64,000 bases of DNA from a virus (lineage: Duplodnaviria > Heunggongvirae > Uroviricota > Caudoviricetes), in IMG/VR virus record IMGVR_UViG_3300032280_000361; one strand, written 5' to 3'. The notes beneath the pieces were generated by a model, which saw nothing but the letters and a program-made list of their open reading frames with translations, was not told where the DNA came from and made no database searches. Shown piece after piece: positions 37,601-46,713 of this stretch. Both the position numbers and the translations under genes were made by a program. Numbering within the stretch: position 1 is the stretch's first letter; every line of letters starts with the position of its first letter.

Positions 37601-40249
37601 CTGAATAAAAGGTCTTTGATTTTCCGGAGCAGGGATTGAAATATGTGGTCTCTCATTAGAAACGTATCCACTACCTGAGTTTACATAAGTTAATCCAACG
37701 ATTTTACCATTTGAAATAACAGGTGTAAATTCAGCTCTGATTGAACCACTTTCAGGTGGAGAATCAGGTTCCTCTACCATAATATTTACAGAAGCGGTAT
37801 AACCAATAGGAGAATACAACACAACCGGATTTGTAATTTTACCAGATTGAATCGTATAATCGATAATAGCAGAAGGGAAAGCTACAGTATAAGCTGGTCT
37901 TTGTAAATCTAAGAATCTTACTGAATCTATATAATCCGCACTATGTACATGAAAGTAATCCAATTTAGGGTTCTTCGCATATAATAATGATTGTTTTAAT
38001 GTATCACCTTTAATCGCAACTCCAGGAGGAATTACAATAGGGTTATCTTCTATATAAGTTCCAGTCTCTACAAATATAGTTGCATTATAGTTTAAAAATG
38101 GATTGAACCAAGGTGCAAATGTATTTGTTACATATTCATCTTTAGAAACTTTCTGTGCAATAGCACCCGCATATAAAATACCAGCTACCGTCTCCGTTAA
38201 TTGAGTTCCAGGAACTAAAGATGCATTTCCATATGCATTTGTATAGTAAGATGTACCTGCATTAATTGCCTGTTCGTTACCACCATAGATTAAATCTACA
38301 ATAACACAATCAGTAATTAAACCAACGTCTCTAACACATTTAGATGAACTATAAATTAAATTAGGGAATGATGAAGAAATAAGTCCTACAGTCTGTTCTC
38401 CTAAGAATGTTTTGTTCATTTCCAATAAGGAAACTGCATTCTTTTTATTTGTAGAAAGTTTAGCAACTACATTACCCACAACTGTCTCCTTAGCTATTCT
38501 AGCTCCGTATGAAAGAGAAGTTACCGTCTCAACTAATTGATTATTTATAACACCCGCACCATTTCCATATACACCATCATAATATGCTTTACCATTTATA
38601 ATAGATTGTTGGTTACCACCAAATATTAAATCAGTTGCAACACCATCTATAATATATCCAGTATCTCTTCTACATTTATCTCTATCGTATGTAAATGGTG
38701 TCCCAGTCTGGTCTTTACCTTTTATATAAACATGCTCAATGAAGTAGATTATCTCTTCTTGAATTAATGCTTTATTTCCTAATAACGCAGCTTTTGCATT
38801 TGATTTAGCAGTAGTTGGTGCGGAAATCGCTCCGTTTACCGAAATAATTTGAGCCATTCTACTTGCATAAAGAATAGCTGCTATTGTTTGGTCCTTTTGA
38901 GTATTTGCTACTCCACTTCCTCCGAATTGAATGGCTCCAAAGTTACCATTATAATATGATATACCTGCCTCAACCGTTCTTTGGTTTCCTCCGAATACTA
39001 AATCATCTAATACGGCATCTATAAGTAAACCAACATCTCTTTTACATCTTAAACTATTATAATCAAAGAAAGGAAAAACAGCATTTAAATATTCAACTGT
39101 TTCATCCTGTATAAACCCTTTATTTTTTAATATTAATGTTCTAGCATTTAATTTATTCGTATCTGTAGATATTGCTTCTGAATTATTAACAACCACTGGA
39201 GCACTTCCTAATCCTCCGTTAATAATAGATGTAATAACTGCAAATGATGAACTGATTGAGGATGATACTGCATTAGTACCACCTGTTCCAGTTATCTGAA
39301 CATTTGTAGAAAGTTTTACAGGTGTTCTACCATTTTCTACTAATGCAGGAACTGCACCCAATCCATTACCTAATATATTTATTACGGTTGCAAACGAAGA
39401 ACTTACTGATGAAGATTCTGCGTTTCCACCATATCCATCGTAAAAACTTTGTGAGGTGTTACCAACTAATACTAATTCAGTTGCACCATTTTTTACTTCA
39501 GCTGGAGTTACTCCCAGTCCACCTGCTAATATTTCAGCAACAGTTGCATATGATTGTGAAATAGCAGAAGCTTCAGTTGCAGAACCACTATTTCCAGACC
39601 CACTAACTTGTGAAGCGGATATTTGATAATTGCTGTATATACTTTGTACTGCCGCTTTAACTGATTTAAATGCAGTTGCAGGTGATTTACCTCTATGAGG
39701 AGTTATTAAAATATCACTACCATATTCCGCAACATAAATTCTTCTAGATTCTTCAGGAAAAATAATTTGAGAAGCTGATATTTGATTTAATGTTATGTTT
39801 AATGAAGCAGTATATGTAGATTTTGCCGAACCAGTTAATACTGCATTCGCACTTACATCTCCTCCTAATATAAATCTTTGTTTCTCTAAAGAATTAACTC
39901 TCTGTTCTACTGAAGCGGAGAAAGGTCCTTTTAGAGTACCACTTACATATACATCTTGAATGAAAGTTGAATCTCTTGTTACAGTTATACTACCCGTTAT
40001 TACCGATGTTCCGATTTGTTTTGAAGAACCCGAAAGTAAAAAACTACCGGTGATTTCATGTGTACTAGCGGTGTTAATACCTAGTTGAGTATTTCCTGAT
40101 GCGAATAATGATTCACTTACCACCAAAGATGATGAAAAGAATATAGTATCATTAGTCATCAGTATTTCGTTATTTCCTAATACTGATATACCAAGTGTAC
40201 CACTTGCTACTAAACTTACTCCCGAACTTTGTTTACCTATTACTTTCAT
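31610..40249 (-). CDS. Giant tail fibre/spike with C-terminal intramolecular chaperone (peptidase S74)
   Basis: 2879 aa; SSDRRFKENI..IGVIAQEIEEILPELV..YKAVKYDKLVALLIEG plus terminal coiled coil; internal beta repeats. Confidence 0.9.
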   Translation of the reverse strand: MKVIGKQSSGVSLVASGTLGISVLGNNEILMTNDTIFFSSSLVVSESLFASGNTQLGINTASTHEITGSFLLSGSSKQIGTSVITGSITVTRDSTFIQDVYVSGTLKGPFSASVEQRVNSLEKQRFILGGDVSANAVLTGSAKSTYTASLNITLNQISASQIIFPEESRRIYVAEYGSDILITPHRGKSPATAFKSVKAAVQSIYSNYQISASQVSGSGNSGSATEASAISQSYATVAEILAGGLGVTPAEVKNGATELVLVGNTSQSFYDGYGGNAESSSVSSSFATVINILGNGLGAVPALVENGRTPVKLSTNVQITGTGGTNAVSSSISSSFAVITSIINGGLGSAPVVVNNSEAISTDTNKLNARTLILKNKGFIQDETVEYLNAVFPFFDYNSLRCKRDVGLLIDAVLDDLVFGGNQRTVEAGISYYNGNFGAIQFGGSGVANTQKDQTIAAILYASRMAQIISVNGAISAPTTAKSNAKAALLGNKALIQEEIIYFIEHVYIKGKDQTGTPFTYDRDKCRRDTGYIIDGVATDLIFGGNQQSIINGKAYYDGVYGNGAGVINNQLVETVTSLSYGARIAKETVVGNVVAKLSTNKKNAVSLLEMNKTFLGEQTVGLISSSFPNLIYSSSKCVRDVGLITDCVIVDLIYGGNEQAINAGTSYYTNAYGNASLVPGTQLTETVAGILYAGAIAQKVSKDEYVTNTFAPWFNPFLNYNATIFVETGTYIEDNPIVIPPGVAIKGDTLKQSLLYAKNPKLDYFHVHSADYIDSVRFLDLQRPAYTVAFPSAIIDYTIQSGKITNPVVLYSPIGYTASVNIMVEEPDSPPESGSIRAEFTPVISNGKIVGLTYVNSGSGYVSNERPHISIPAPENQRPFIQASPYVWNSTAITGPFNFNGEKISALVPLPYDLEDLGVDNTGAGGGMRVDGNCCREASPRSPLRSMVAAAFTQVNQGGPGHHVCNTGYAQFVSMFTTYCTFGFKTSGGGFANISNSVVDFGLQGIISKRNYRDTYTSALVLSAGTSNVAGFTVTIPGSGYTTAPVVTISGGGGSGASGSALVTSGQVVALNLESSGSGYTSIPSVSIALPSTPGGVRAEATAVLSGLANIFVRVTGSFQGQQRNIDFSSLMKLNGADYLVTDINTTVEPDEFFIETFPAVFFVNAGDNANFFQLSNISTGGLVLEYVGAGITYNAIPEYGGIPDSSQEVVMIEPGKVFAVTIDNRGNLKVGRFFKVDQLTGAVTIDANQFSLSGLSSIGPFRRNGVPVGIVINEASDNDTLLNSQGIPGRDTVPSQQAVKTYVDTRTIAATGTDNQVLAKSGSAAYGTQFRNTIDTIVTNTLSGSKIVSRSLGRDLIVTHSITSLEVSTSLVRNGLTGGNGQPIEVVFGVFASQSTDGAQFTAFSQSVSESVRFLLATSATTGSNTFKGNQIVSGNLTVSGNVDIKLDTRISGNLFILNSTNLGPTVEVSGNLSVSGSTILSGGLDVFKYANIQAPFTASGLRYPNSDSQGVGKILRSDGAGGIFFGFTDRTSIGIVNIGNGGPIAKGTPLYIKGFDVGTGLTIVGPASSSQLNKMPAVGLSADNLLESGSGSLTALGILTNYDTTALTSGQQLYVGPNGGLTTQLPTGSFYVQNIAVVGRININDGELLVEHPGTYFQLPNLPKDWIWYGGDGGQAVSQSLTGAIASYELERTVIGSEIQSNDWYAGALVVSGGIGVAKNAQISGNLTIYGNFDVKGSTTITAITASNLDIAENTIAVREFSPVVRFGGLIVWDSGSVVGGTPPNNVYASASLFYDGVDDNWVIAQNDGRSSSLMIGGPVNGGTYGNEEGLPMGTIPVIQYTGNNLTSSTMTDNGVVVRMTNNLVVTGSIGGRLTGSIQGTSLSVFNSLSATGSFSGNGFLTGSFTGSFTGAADLAFAITGGDAGGFDYFNYNGSASATVKIATQSLHFEEGVKKKINYEQVVSSSIQVREYGFEYSGSVNQFTASTNLALSGLNSYSASLKQAINTNGNDLIVHGTLRVTGSKVLLEVGDVKIVDKFIEIASGSLNSAAADGAGFYISGADAYVTWSHASQSLNFSDTLYSDNNIEVRGTVDGTLIREFAPSHNNFSSSINAYTSSLRSAISESNGDLIVFNNLQVRGTLGELRVDRLQVKDKQIEINSGSTTSAQSDKAGLFISGANVNFYWDHPEQYMYLDKNFTVNGDFNASTINGINLVTFRNQVNQATGALEVYSSSLKNAITVAGTGVSSVTTIQGDLNVLGTTTQLQISDLKIEDRLIEIASGSTTSVAANGAGLFISGANVFFSWSNAETNMRLGSGLFVNGAITSSTILVAQTASLNHISASGNISGGALFVEGATSIRGAISASNTISASALFVQNATNISGALEVVGNISGKEYISASKGITGSGVWSAGEIRALSNVQFDGTALIIGATTVRSTISASGAISGSGAQINGNFRTTGTSIHDGASTFNSNISASGVITASGLRIEGEGFYGSSSFVGPITGSTAWFSNNLRVTGSITASLNMSASGFVSASASNFRGEVTAGEYKGNLQYYVTAGSGISGSVFKNQTDTTFAIDTQSIHFQSGSQQAVVSYIKGDVTIATDGTATIAANSIALGTDTTGDYVATINPGAGLTGGATSGEGVAHTLAVGAGDGISVGADVVSLNTGSTHFTNGARVTVANWVSGEVSINPSTGVASLVIPTLSRASNITGTANQITVGGVTATGAFTASLSLPQNIHTAADFRVGSLGVGVAASATSGRIDAANDIVAYSSSDRRFKENIKNIPNALAKVLRIGGYEFDWISNVELHGHEGHDIGVIAQEIEEILPELVQTRESGYKAVKYDKLVALLIEGMKEQQVQIDNLKSEVENLKRARGL

Positions 40250-40279
40250 TTAAGAAAAGAATTTTATTTTATTTATTTA

Positions 40280-40612
40280 TTACCCTTGTTCCAAAACTGA
40301 TACAATCGCATCAAATGCTGTAGCGGATGAACCTGTTATAGAAAGAAAATCTCCCGTCTCTAATACTAATTTTTGGTCTCCACCAAATAAAACTAATGTA
40401 GAATTTTCTGCAACTATAAAATCTTTGATTACATGCGCAATATCTCCAGTAGAAACATCATGTGCTTTTACAGTCAATTGTACATCCGATGCAACTATGT
40501 TAGCAACCGATACTCCGATTACCGTAGCGGTTCTTCCAGCTGGACAAGTATATGCTACTGCACCACTCGTTCCTATTCCACTTTCTAAGCTATTTTTAAA
40601 AAAGTTTGCCAT
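40280..40612 (-). CDS. Small virion structural protein
   Basis: MANFFKN...KLVLETGD, beta-rich; between two fibre genes. Confidence 0.7.
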   Translation of the reverse strand: MANFFKNSLESGIGTSGAVAYTCPAGRTATVIGVSVANIVASDVQLTVKAHDVSTGDIAHVIKDFIVAENSTLVLFGGDQKLVLETGDFLSITGSSATAFDAIVSVLEQG

Positions 40613-40649
40613 ATGTTTTTAATTATATATAATTATTAAAATCTTATTT

Positions 40650-43316
40650 TTATCCTAATGCAATTGCCAATGCAACCGCAGTATCTATAACATTATCCCC
40701 TAATATTAAAATATTCCCAGATACGTTTAAATCTTTATTAAGATTCATTCTAGTATTAGGATGGTCCCAGCTAAATTGTATAGGTGTAGTAGGCCCTAAA
40801 ATCGTTAAACCCGCATCAGCAGATTGTAATGATGATAATGAACCACTCGCTATAATAATATTCTTATCTTCAATTTGTAAGTTAGAAACCTGAAGTTGTG
40901 TAACATCTCCTAATATTTCAAGATTTCCATCAACTTGTAAGTTTCCACTTACTCTCATATTCTTTTCAAAGAAAGAATACTCTTTAACAGTTAATGAAGA
41001 ACTTAATTCAGTATTACCACTTACAAATAATCCTCCTGTAATTGAAGTAGAACCTGTTACTCTTAATACATTATTTAATCCTACCGCTCCACTAACATTT
41101 AATGTAGAATGTAAAGCAGTTGCACCATTTGATTTTAGTGTTCCGTTTACTACCTCATTACCAAATATAGTTAAGTTACCGGATATCGCTGCATTATTAG
41201 CAATATTAAGATTATTACCACCTGAAATATTGTTGTTTACAATTAGATGTTGGATAGAAGCGGTGTTTGTAATAGTAACATTTCCTAAGTTTATATTACC
41301 ATATACATCTAAGTTTCCACTTACTTCTAAATTACCAGTTAAGTATGTAGATGCAGAAACTTGTAAACCAAATCCACTAATAGAATCTCCTTCGATTTTC
41401 AATCCCTTATTAAGAAACATTCTATCACCAACTTCTCTATAAACAAATTGAGCACTAGCTCCACTTATAAATAAACCAGCTCCTTCTACTTGAGAAGGTA
41501 TTGTAGAACCACTTCCAATTTCAATTAATTTAGCTTCAGCAGAAACTCTACTTACTCCTAAATAAACTGAATTACCTCTTACGGTTAAATCTCCCGCTAT
41601 AGATGCACTACCTTCAATTAATCCACTTGCACTTGTCGCTAAATCTCCAATATTTACAACACCTAAAATAGTTGTTGAACCGGTTACATAAAGTGAAGAT
41701 GAAACGTTTACTAATCCAAATGATGCGGTATTAAAGTTTTGAATATTACCTGCATTATTACCAGTACCATTTATTAAAACATTAGTTGTATTAGTAGTTA
41801 ATCCACCTGCTAATATTGTAGAACCCGTTACCGATAAATTTGATGTTAATTGAGTTCTACTATTTAAAGCGATACCATTAGTTGCTCCAATGTTTACTCT
41901 TACCGATGTATTATCTCCAGGAGTTGCATATGCTATGTTAACTGAACCTGCGCTTCCTCCTCCGTTTGATACAACTATACCACTACTCGTTACGCCTGTG
42001 GTTATCTGTGAATCTAAAACACCATCTGTACTTTGATTTCTTAATACTATTTTACCAGGTGCCCCAGCAATAATAGGAGAGTTATCATCATCAAATATTA
42101 TACTAGCATTTCTAAATGGTGATATTCTCTTATGTAAAATTTCTAAAGTACTTCCTGAATATTCTTGTGAAAATGCACCACTAATACTTGTGATACCTGT
42201 TTGTGAATTACTTCCAATAAATAATGCTCCACTAATTTGTGTTGTTCCTATATTTCCTGCATTAAGAAGAACACTACCGGTTACGGTTAATCCATTACCA
42301 ACCGAAGCACTTCCCTCCGCTCTTAAATCTTGACTAATATTAATTCTACCATTTGCACCTAATACACTTAGTTGATTATTAAGTGTAGTTGCACCATCAA
42401 CTTGTAATGTTTGTGTTAATATCGCAGATGAACCTGATACTTGTCCTAATACATGCAATGTTCCACTTGAGAATACATTACCATTAGTACCTTCTACAAT
42501 GAATTTACCATTACCAATATTAAATTGTTCCTGTGCGTTGAAATATCTAATACCGGACATATTTACCAAAGAACCTCCTTGAGTAAATACCAATCCATTA
42601 TCTGCTGCGGATGGATTAAACGATGGATTTAAGTTAGCAAATGTACCACTAACCATAAATAAATTTCCACCGGAAGATGAAATGTTACTCTTTAATATAA
42701 TACCAGTAGTTCCACTTACATAAAGGTTACCACTTGCAAAAGTATTACCCGTATTTGGTTCTACCCAAAATCTATCTTGTGAACCAGAACCTAATCTTAA
42801 TTTTGCTCCCTCAATGTATTCGAAATCGTTTGATGCAGTTAATTGATTTGCCGCATTAACATATACGATATTATTAGGTGCATCCACTCCTGCTAATGCA
42901 GCTAATGAAAGTGAACCTAAATAGGCAGTTCTCCAATATTTTGTAATTGTTCCTAAATCGTAACTCGCTGATTCATTTGGAATAAGGTCTGAAGTGAAAT
43001 CTGCTACAACGGTTACGGAATCAGTATTATTATCTCCTAATTTAAGACTACCACTAATAGTAACATCTCCTCTAAAGTAAGCATTAGAAGCAGTAATATT
43101 TCCTGTCACCGAAAGTGAACCGGAGTTTTCGTAAATAGATGAACTCCCCCATACATTAACACCTGCTATGCCTGTATTTAATTTAACGAGGGTTACCTCT
43201 TCACTCCCACTTGCTCCGAATTGAACGGTTTGTAAGGTTGAATTAAAGAAAGGTTCACCATATTGTAGTGTACCCTTAGTTCCGTTATTACCCCTTCTTA
43301 TCTGTAATAATGCCAT
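40650..43316 (-). CDS. Tail fibre-like protein with Mtd-type N-terminal anchor
   Basis: MALLQIRRG..LQYGEP N-terminus, SGS/TGS beta repeats, ends AVALAIALG. Confidence 0.75.
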   Translation of the reverse strand: MALLQIRRGNNGTKGTLQYGEPFFNSTLQTVQFGASGSEEVTLVKLNTGIAGVNVWGSSSIYENSGSLSVTGNITASNAYFRGDVTISGSLKLGDNNTDSVTVVADFTSDLIPNESASYDLGTITKYWRTAYLGSLSLAALAGVDAPNNIVYVNAANQLTASNDFEYIEGAKLRLGSGSQDRFWVEPNTGNTFASGNLYVSGTTGIILKSNISSSGGNLFMVSGTFANLNPSFNPSAADNGLVFTQGGSLVNMSGIRYFNAQEQFNIGNGKFIVEGTNGNVFSSGTLHVLGQVSGSSAILTQTLQVDGATTLNNQLSVLGANGRINISQDLRAEGSASVGNGLTVTGSVLLNAGNIGTTQISGALFIGSNSQTGITSISGAFSQEYSGSTLEILHKRISPFRNASIIFDDDNSPIIAGAPGKIVLRNQSTDGVLDSQITTGVTSSGIVVSNGGGSAGSVNIAYATPGDNTSVRVNIGATNGIALNSRTQLTSNLSVTGSTILAGGLTTNTTNVLINGTGNNAGNIQNFNTASFGLVNVSSSLYVTGSTTILGVVNIGDLATSASGLIEGSASIAGDLTVRGNSVYLGVSRVSAEAKLIEIGSGSTIPSQVEGAGLFISGASAQFVYREVGDRMFLNKGLKIEGDSISGFGLQVSASTYLTGNLEVSGNLDVYGNINLGNVTITNTASIQHLIVNNNISGGNNLNIANNAAISGNLTIFGNEVVNGTLKSNGATALHSTLNVSGAVGLNNVLRVTGSTSITGGLFVSGNTELSSSLTVKEYSFFEKNMRVSGNLQVDGNLEILGDVTQLQVSNLQIEDKNIIIASGSLSSLQSADAGLTILGPTTPIQFSWDHPNTRMNLNKDLNVSGNILILGDNVIDTAVALAIALG

Positions 43317-43346
43317 TTATCTGTAGTTGTAGATTTCTTATACTTC

Positions 43347-43355
43347 TATAAATAT
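43347..43355 (-). promoter_or_regulatory. Candidate late promoter motif ATATTTATA
   Basis: About 30 nt upstream of 43316. Confidence 0.65.
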
Positions 43356-43371
43356 AACTCTTTCGAATTAT

Positions 43372-44184
43372 CTAATATTTGCTCCCACTCCCAAACTCCG
43401 TTTCCTCAGATGTATCATTGAGTGAAAGTCTACCATTCATATCATAACCATCTCCTCCTTGTAATAAAACCTCATTAGTTACCACAACCTTTCTAATTGT
43501 AAATCCTTTTTGTGTAGTAGGAACATTATCAGCTCTCTTAGGTAATAGATAAGCATTAACTGTCATAGTGAATGTAGTTCTTATTATTCTCTCTGTTCCC
43601 GCTCCTACTTCTTGTTGATTATCAAAGTTATCAATCATAACTCTGAATTTATATCTATCATCTTCACCCCAATATCTATCTGTAAAATATTGGAATTGTT
43701 CTATAATTTTATTGTTATGTTCTGTAAAGTTTGTCCATACCATTACTTCATAACTAACAGTTACATAGTCCGGCATCTTTACATCATAAGTTTCATATCT
43801 TTTTTTAAACTCCGAATTTAATAAAGAGAAACGGTCGTATGCATTTTTTTGTGAAAACTTTCTAATAGTTGGATATGTAATTTTATCATCCTTTAAGAAC
43901 TTCATTGTTTCATTCTTAGCAAATGAATTTCTCTTAAACATAATAAGTGGGATTTGAATTTTTCCCAATTTATCTTTTAAGTATCCATCTTTTTGTGCAC
44001 CTTTCCATCTTTCCGCATTTCCATAAATCAATGGAACTTTAACCTTAGATTTGTTTTGTTCAATTTCAGGAATTACATGCTTTTCCATATAGGATGCAAT
44101 AGTACTATCAATATCAATTAATGATAGTGAGAACATTTCTTGTTCACCCTGCTTTACTATTTTTGAAAAGTTTTTATCTGCCAT
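43372..44184 (-). CDS. Tail terminator / sheath stabiliser (gp15-like)
   Basis: VPLIYGNAERW, QIPLIMFKR, PDYVTVSYEV; follows the two neck genes. Confidence 0.7.
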   Translation of the reverse strand: MADKNFSKIVKQGEQEMFSLSLIDIDSTIASYMEKHVIPEIEQNKSKVKVPLIYGNAERWKGAQKDGYLKDKLGKIQIPLIMFKRNSFAKNETMKFLKDDKITYPTIRKFSQKNAYDRFSLLNSEFKKRYETYDVKMPDYVTVSYEVMVWTNFTEHNNKIIEQFQYFTDRYWGEDDRYKFRVMIDNFDNQQEVGAGTERIIRTTFTMTVNAYLLPKRADNVPTTQKGFTIRKVVVTNEVLLQGGDGYDMNGRLSLNDTSEETEFGSGSKY

Positions 44185-44639
44185 TATCTTACTCTTTCTT
44201 CTAAATTGATGCCACTATTTCTAGTAACGAATGTTTCACATATAACAGAGAACTTATTTTGATATCCGCCACCTATCCATTGGTCTTCATTAACATTTGA
44301 TACCTCATAATATGAACCATCTAATAAAATAATATCACCAACTTCAGGATAAAAATTTGCTTCAATTAAAGTATGTCTATTGAAACGGAAATTAGAAGTT
44401 CTACCCGCATCTGGACCGAATCCTTCATAGTTAGTTTCAGTTTCTCCTCTTTCAATTACAGAATAAGTTTCCATTCCTCTATAGTATTGTTTATCTAAAC
44501 TTTCACCATAAAGATTGTATGAAGTTTCTGCCGAATTGATTTTAAATAATGTAACCAATGTTTCGATTACATCATTAACCATTTCAGTAGAAATTTGTTC
44601 GAAAAATTTTATATCCCTTGCGGAGTTAAATCGTGGCAT
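44184..44639 (-). CDS. Neck / head closure protein (gp14-like)
   Basis: NLYGES, YPEVGDII, YYEVSNV; position after the gp13-like gene. Confidence 0.7.
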   Translation of the reverse strand: MPRFNSARDIKFFEQISTEMVNDVIETLVTLFKINSAETSYNLYGESLDKQYYRGMETYSVIERGETETNYEGFGPDAGRTSNFRFNRHTLIEANFYPEVGDIILLDGSYYEVSNVNEDQWIGGGYQNKFSVICETFVTRNSGINLEERVR

Positions 44640-44640
44640 A

Positions 44641-45798
44641 TTATCCTACATATATTGCTAAAGGTGCTTTCTGCAACATCTCCATTTGTTGTTGTGCTTC
44701 AGCAGCTTTATTTTCAAAAATCTTCTTTCTTGAAACCTCATCTAAATTCTCTCTTAAGATAGTAATTAGATTTTCTTTTTCGGTTGTTGCTTCCGCTCTT
44801 AATTGTGCACCATCCAATGTAGTTTCTCCACCTGGAATAGGAATAGTATTATACTTTTCTCTAATTGCACCCAATAATTCCTTACATAAAGCTAATGTAT
44901 ATTTTCTAATCCACTGTCTTCCCACATCGTTAATTCTTTGATATGGAGTAAAATCATATTTGATATTAGAATAATCTGAAATAACACCATCTCTTATCCC
45001 TAATGAATTTGTATCAAACTCATCCCTCACATAGTATTCAAAATAAATTCTGTTATCATACGATGGATACGGGAATATTTGTAAGTTTCCGTTTGTTATA
45101 TTAAATGTGTGTGCGGATTTTCTTATCTGGTCATTAAACTCAATAGCCTGAACCCTCAAAAGGTCTTCATAGAACGGCATTAATACGAATTGGGTAGCAG
45201 TACTGAACGAACTAAATCCGAACTCCTGAGTGATGTTTAAAGTACCCATACCACTAACTGCATAAGGGTCAAAGAAACGAGCTAATGCAGGTTTTGGTTC
45301 GAAGTAAACTTTTGTTACTTCAATTCTTTTTCCACTCTCACTTACCTCTCCCCATAAAGTTTTTAAATCATACGATTGAGTATATGCAGTTGCATCCACC
45401 CAACCTCTTTTAATATCAGCATTTCCCCCCACACCTGCAACAGTTCCATAAGCATCGGAAATTCTTATTGTTTGATTTAAGAAAGAACCCTCTACTAATT
45501 TACCGGTATAATTAGAACCCGTACCTTGCCCCATTAATTGAGGTAAGTTGTTTCGTATGTTAAATTGATTTACTTGAGCAGAGTATTCCGATGTTGCTTC
45601 TTCAAAACAAGCATATAATTGCTCATCTATTAATTCCACATCTATAATAGGATACCCCAATCTTCTCACACACCAAAGGGCTACTTTAGGTGCATCGTTT
45701 GAAAAATGGTAATCATTATCGTATATTTCGAATGGAGTCATTCCAGGAAAGAACGATGATGAACCAGGATAATGATTTATTGTTGAGTTTACTGACAT
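44641..45798 (-). CDS. Neck protein (gp13-like)
   Basis: RRLGYPIIDVEL, WIRKYTLALCKELLG..R.KY..IPIPGGETTLDG. Confidence 0.88.
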   Translation of the reverse strand: MSVNSTINHYPGSSSFFPGMTPFEIYDNDYHFSNDAPKVALWCVRRLGYPIIDVELIDEQLYACFEEATSEYSAQVNQFNIRNNLPQLMGQGTGSNYTGKLVEGSFLNQTIRISDAYGTVAGVGGNADIKRGWVDATAYTQSYDLKTLWGEVSESGKRIEVTKVYFEPKPALARFFDPYAVSGMGTLNITQEFGFSSFSTATQFVLMPFYEDLLRVQAIEFNDQIRKSAHTFNITNGNLQIFPYPSYDNRIYFEYYVRDEFDTNSLGIRDGVISDYSNIKYDFTPYQRINDVGRQWIRKYTLALCKELLGAIREKYNTIPIPGGETTLDGAQLRAEATTEKENLITILRENLDEVSRKKIFENKAAEAQQQMEMLQKAPLAIYVG

Positions 45799-45817
45799 CT
45801 ATATAAGAGTTTACTCA

Positions 45818-45826
45818 TATAAATAT
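45818..45826 (-). promoter_or_regulatory. Candidate late promoter motif ATATTTATA
   Basis: About 19 nt upstream of the neck gene. Confidence 0.65.
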
Positions 45827-45849
45827 TCAGTTTGTTAAATAAAGAAGTT

Positions 45850-46236
45850 TTAAACCAATCTGATTTTCAGAGTTCCGTTTGTATGATACACTCCTCCCAA
45901 AGGAACTCCCTGAGAAGCCGCTGCTATATCCGTAGCATAGTTGGATGCGGTAATTGAACCTAATAGGAATGCAGCCGGTGCATTTTCGGAATCAATTCTT
46001 ACTTGAGCCCTAGCTCCGGTTGCATAAAGATGGTTAAATGAGGATGTTAACCCAAATTGAGCACTTCCTGTTACGGTTAATGAACCACTAATAGTTTCAT
46101 CTCCGATAAATATGTTTGAACCAGTTGTTGCTCTAAATTCTATACTTGAGGTAATAGCAGCAAAGTTACCATCCATTTGTTCGATAGATAACTTATCCGA
46201 TAAATTCTTTCGTAGTGTTACTCCGCTAATTGCCAT
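45850..46236 (-). CDS. Short fibre/decoration protein, paralogue B
   Basis: N-term TLRKNLSDKLSIEQMDGNF, C-term NYATDIAAASQGVPLGGVYH...KIRL. Confidence 0.7.
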   Translation of the reverse strand: MAISGVTLRKNLSDKLSIEQMDGNFAAITSSIEFRATTGSNIFIGDETISGSLTVTGSAQFGLTSSFNHLYATGARAQVRIDSENAPAAFLLGSITASNYATDIAAASQGVPLGGVYHTNGTLKIRLV

Positions 46237-46246
46237 TTATAATAAA

Positions 46247-46669
46247 TTAAGTTAATCTAATTCTAACTGCTCCTGCATTGTGATACATACCACCGATTGC
46301 AATTCCGCCTGCCGCAGCTGCTGCATCGTTAGCGTAGTTTGAACCTAACACAGAATTTCCACTACCACTTGCAATCACTGCTCCTAAGAAGTTTGCTGAA
46401 CCCGAGTGAACGGATGAACCAGATACACTAAATGCTCCGGTTACGAATAAAGCACCACTTGTTATTAATCCTGCACCACCTACACCATTTGCTCCTACTA
46501 ATAAGTTAGGAAACGCTACAACTGATTGTGATACTCTTGTGTTTAACGTAGTAACATTTGTTGTTGCGGTTTCAGCACTTGATGTAATAACAGAGAAGTT
46601 ATTATCCAATTCTGTGATTGTTAGTTTACTACCTTTTATTACTCGTAATGTTATACCTGCTAATGCCAT
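46247..46669 (-). CDS. Short fibre/decoration protein, paralogue A
   Basis: N-term TLRVIKGSKLTITELDNNF, C-term NYANDAAAAAGGIAIGGMYH...RIRL. Confidence 0.7.
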   Translation of the reverse strand: MALAGITLRVIKGSKLTITELDNNFSVITSSAETATTNVTTLNTRVSQSVVAFPNLLVGANGVGGAGLITSGALFVTGAFSVSGSSVHSGSANFLGAVIASGSGNSVLGSNYANDAAAAAGGIAIGGMYHNAGAVRIRLT

Positions 46670-46696
46670 TTTATTTTATTTTATTCTGTGTCTTTG

Positions 46697-46705
46697 TATA
46701 AATAT
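46697..46705 (-). promoter_or_regulatory. Candidate late promoter motif ATATTTATA
   Basis: About 27 nt upstream of 46669. Confidence 0.65.
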
Positions 46706-46713
46706 ATAACTTA

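Noticed and set aside
40650-46669. Diversity-generating retroelement suggested by the Mtd-like N-terminus and paralogous C-termini
   Set aside because: No reverse transcriptase in the window and no near-identical TR/VR pair differing only at adenines
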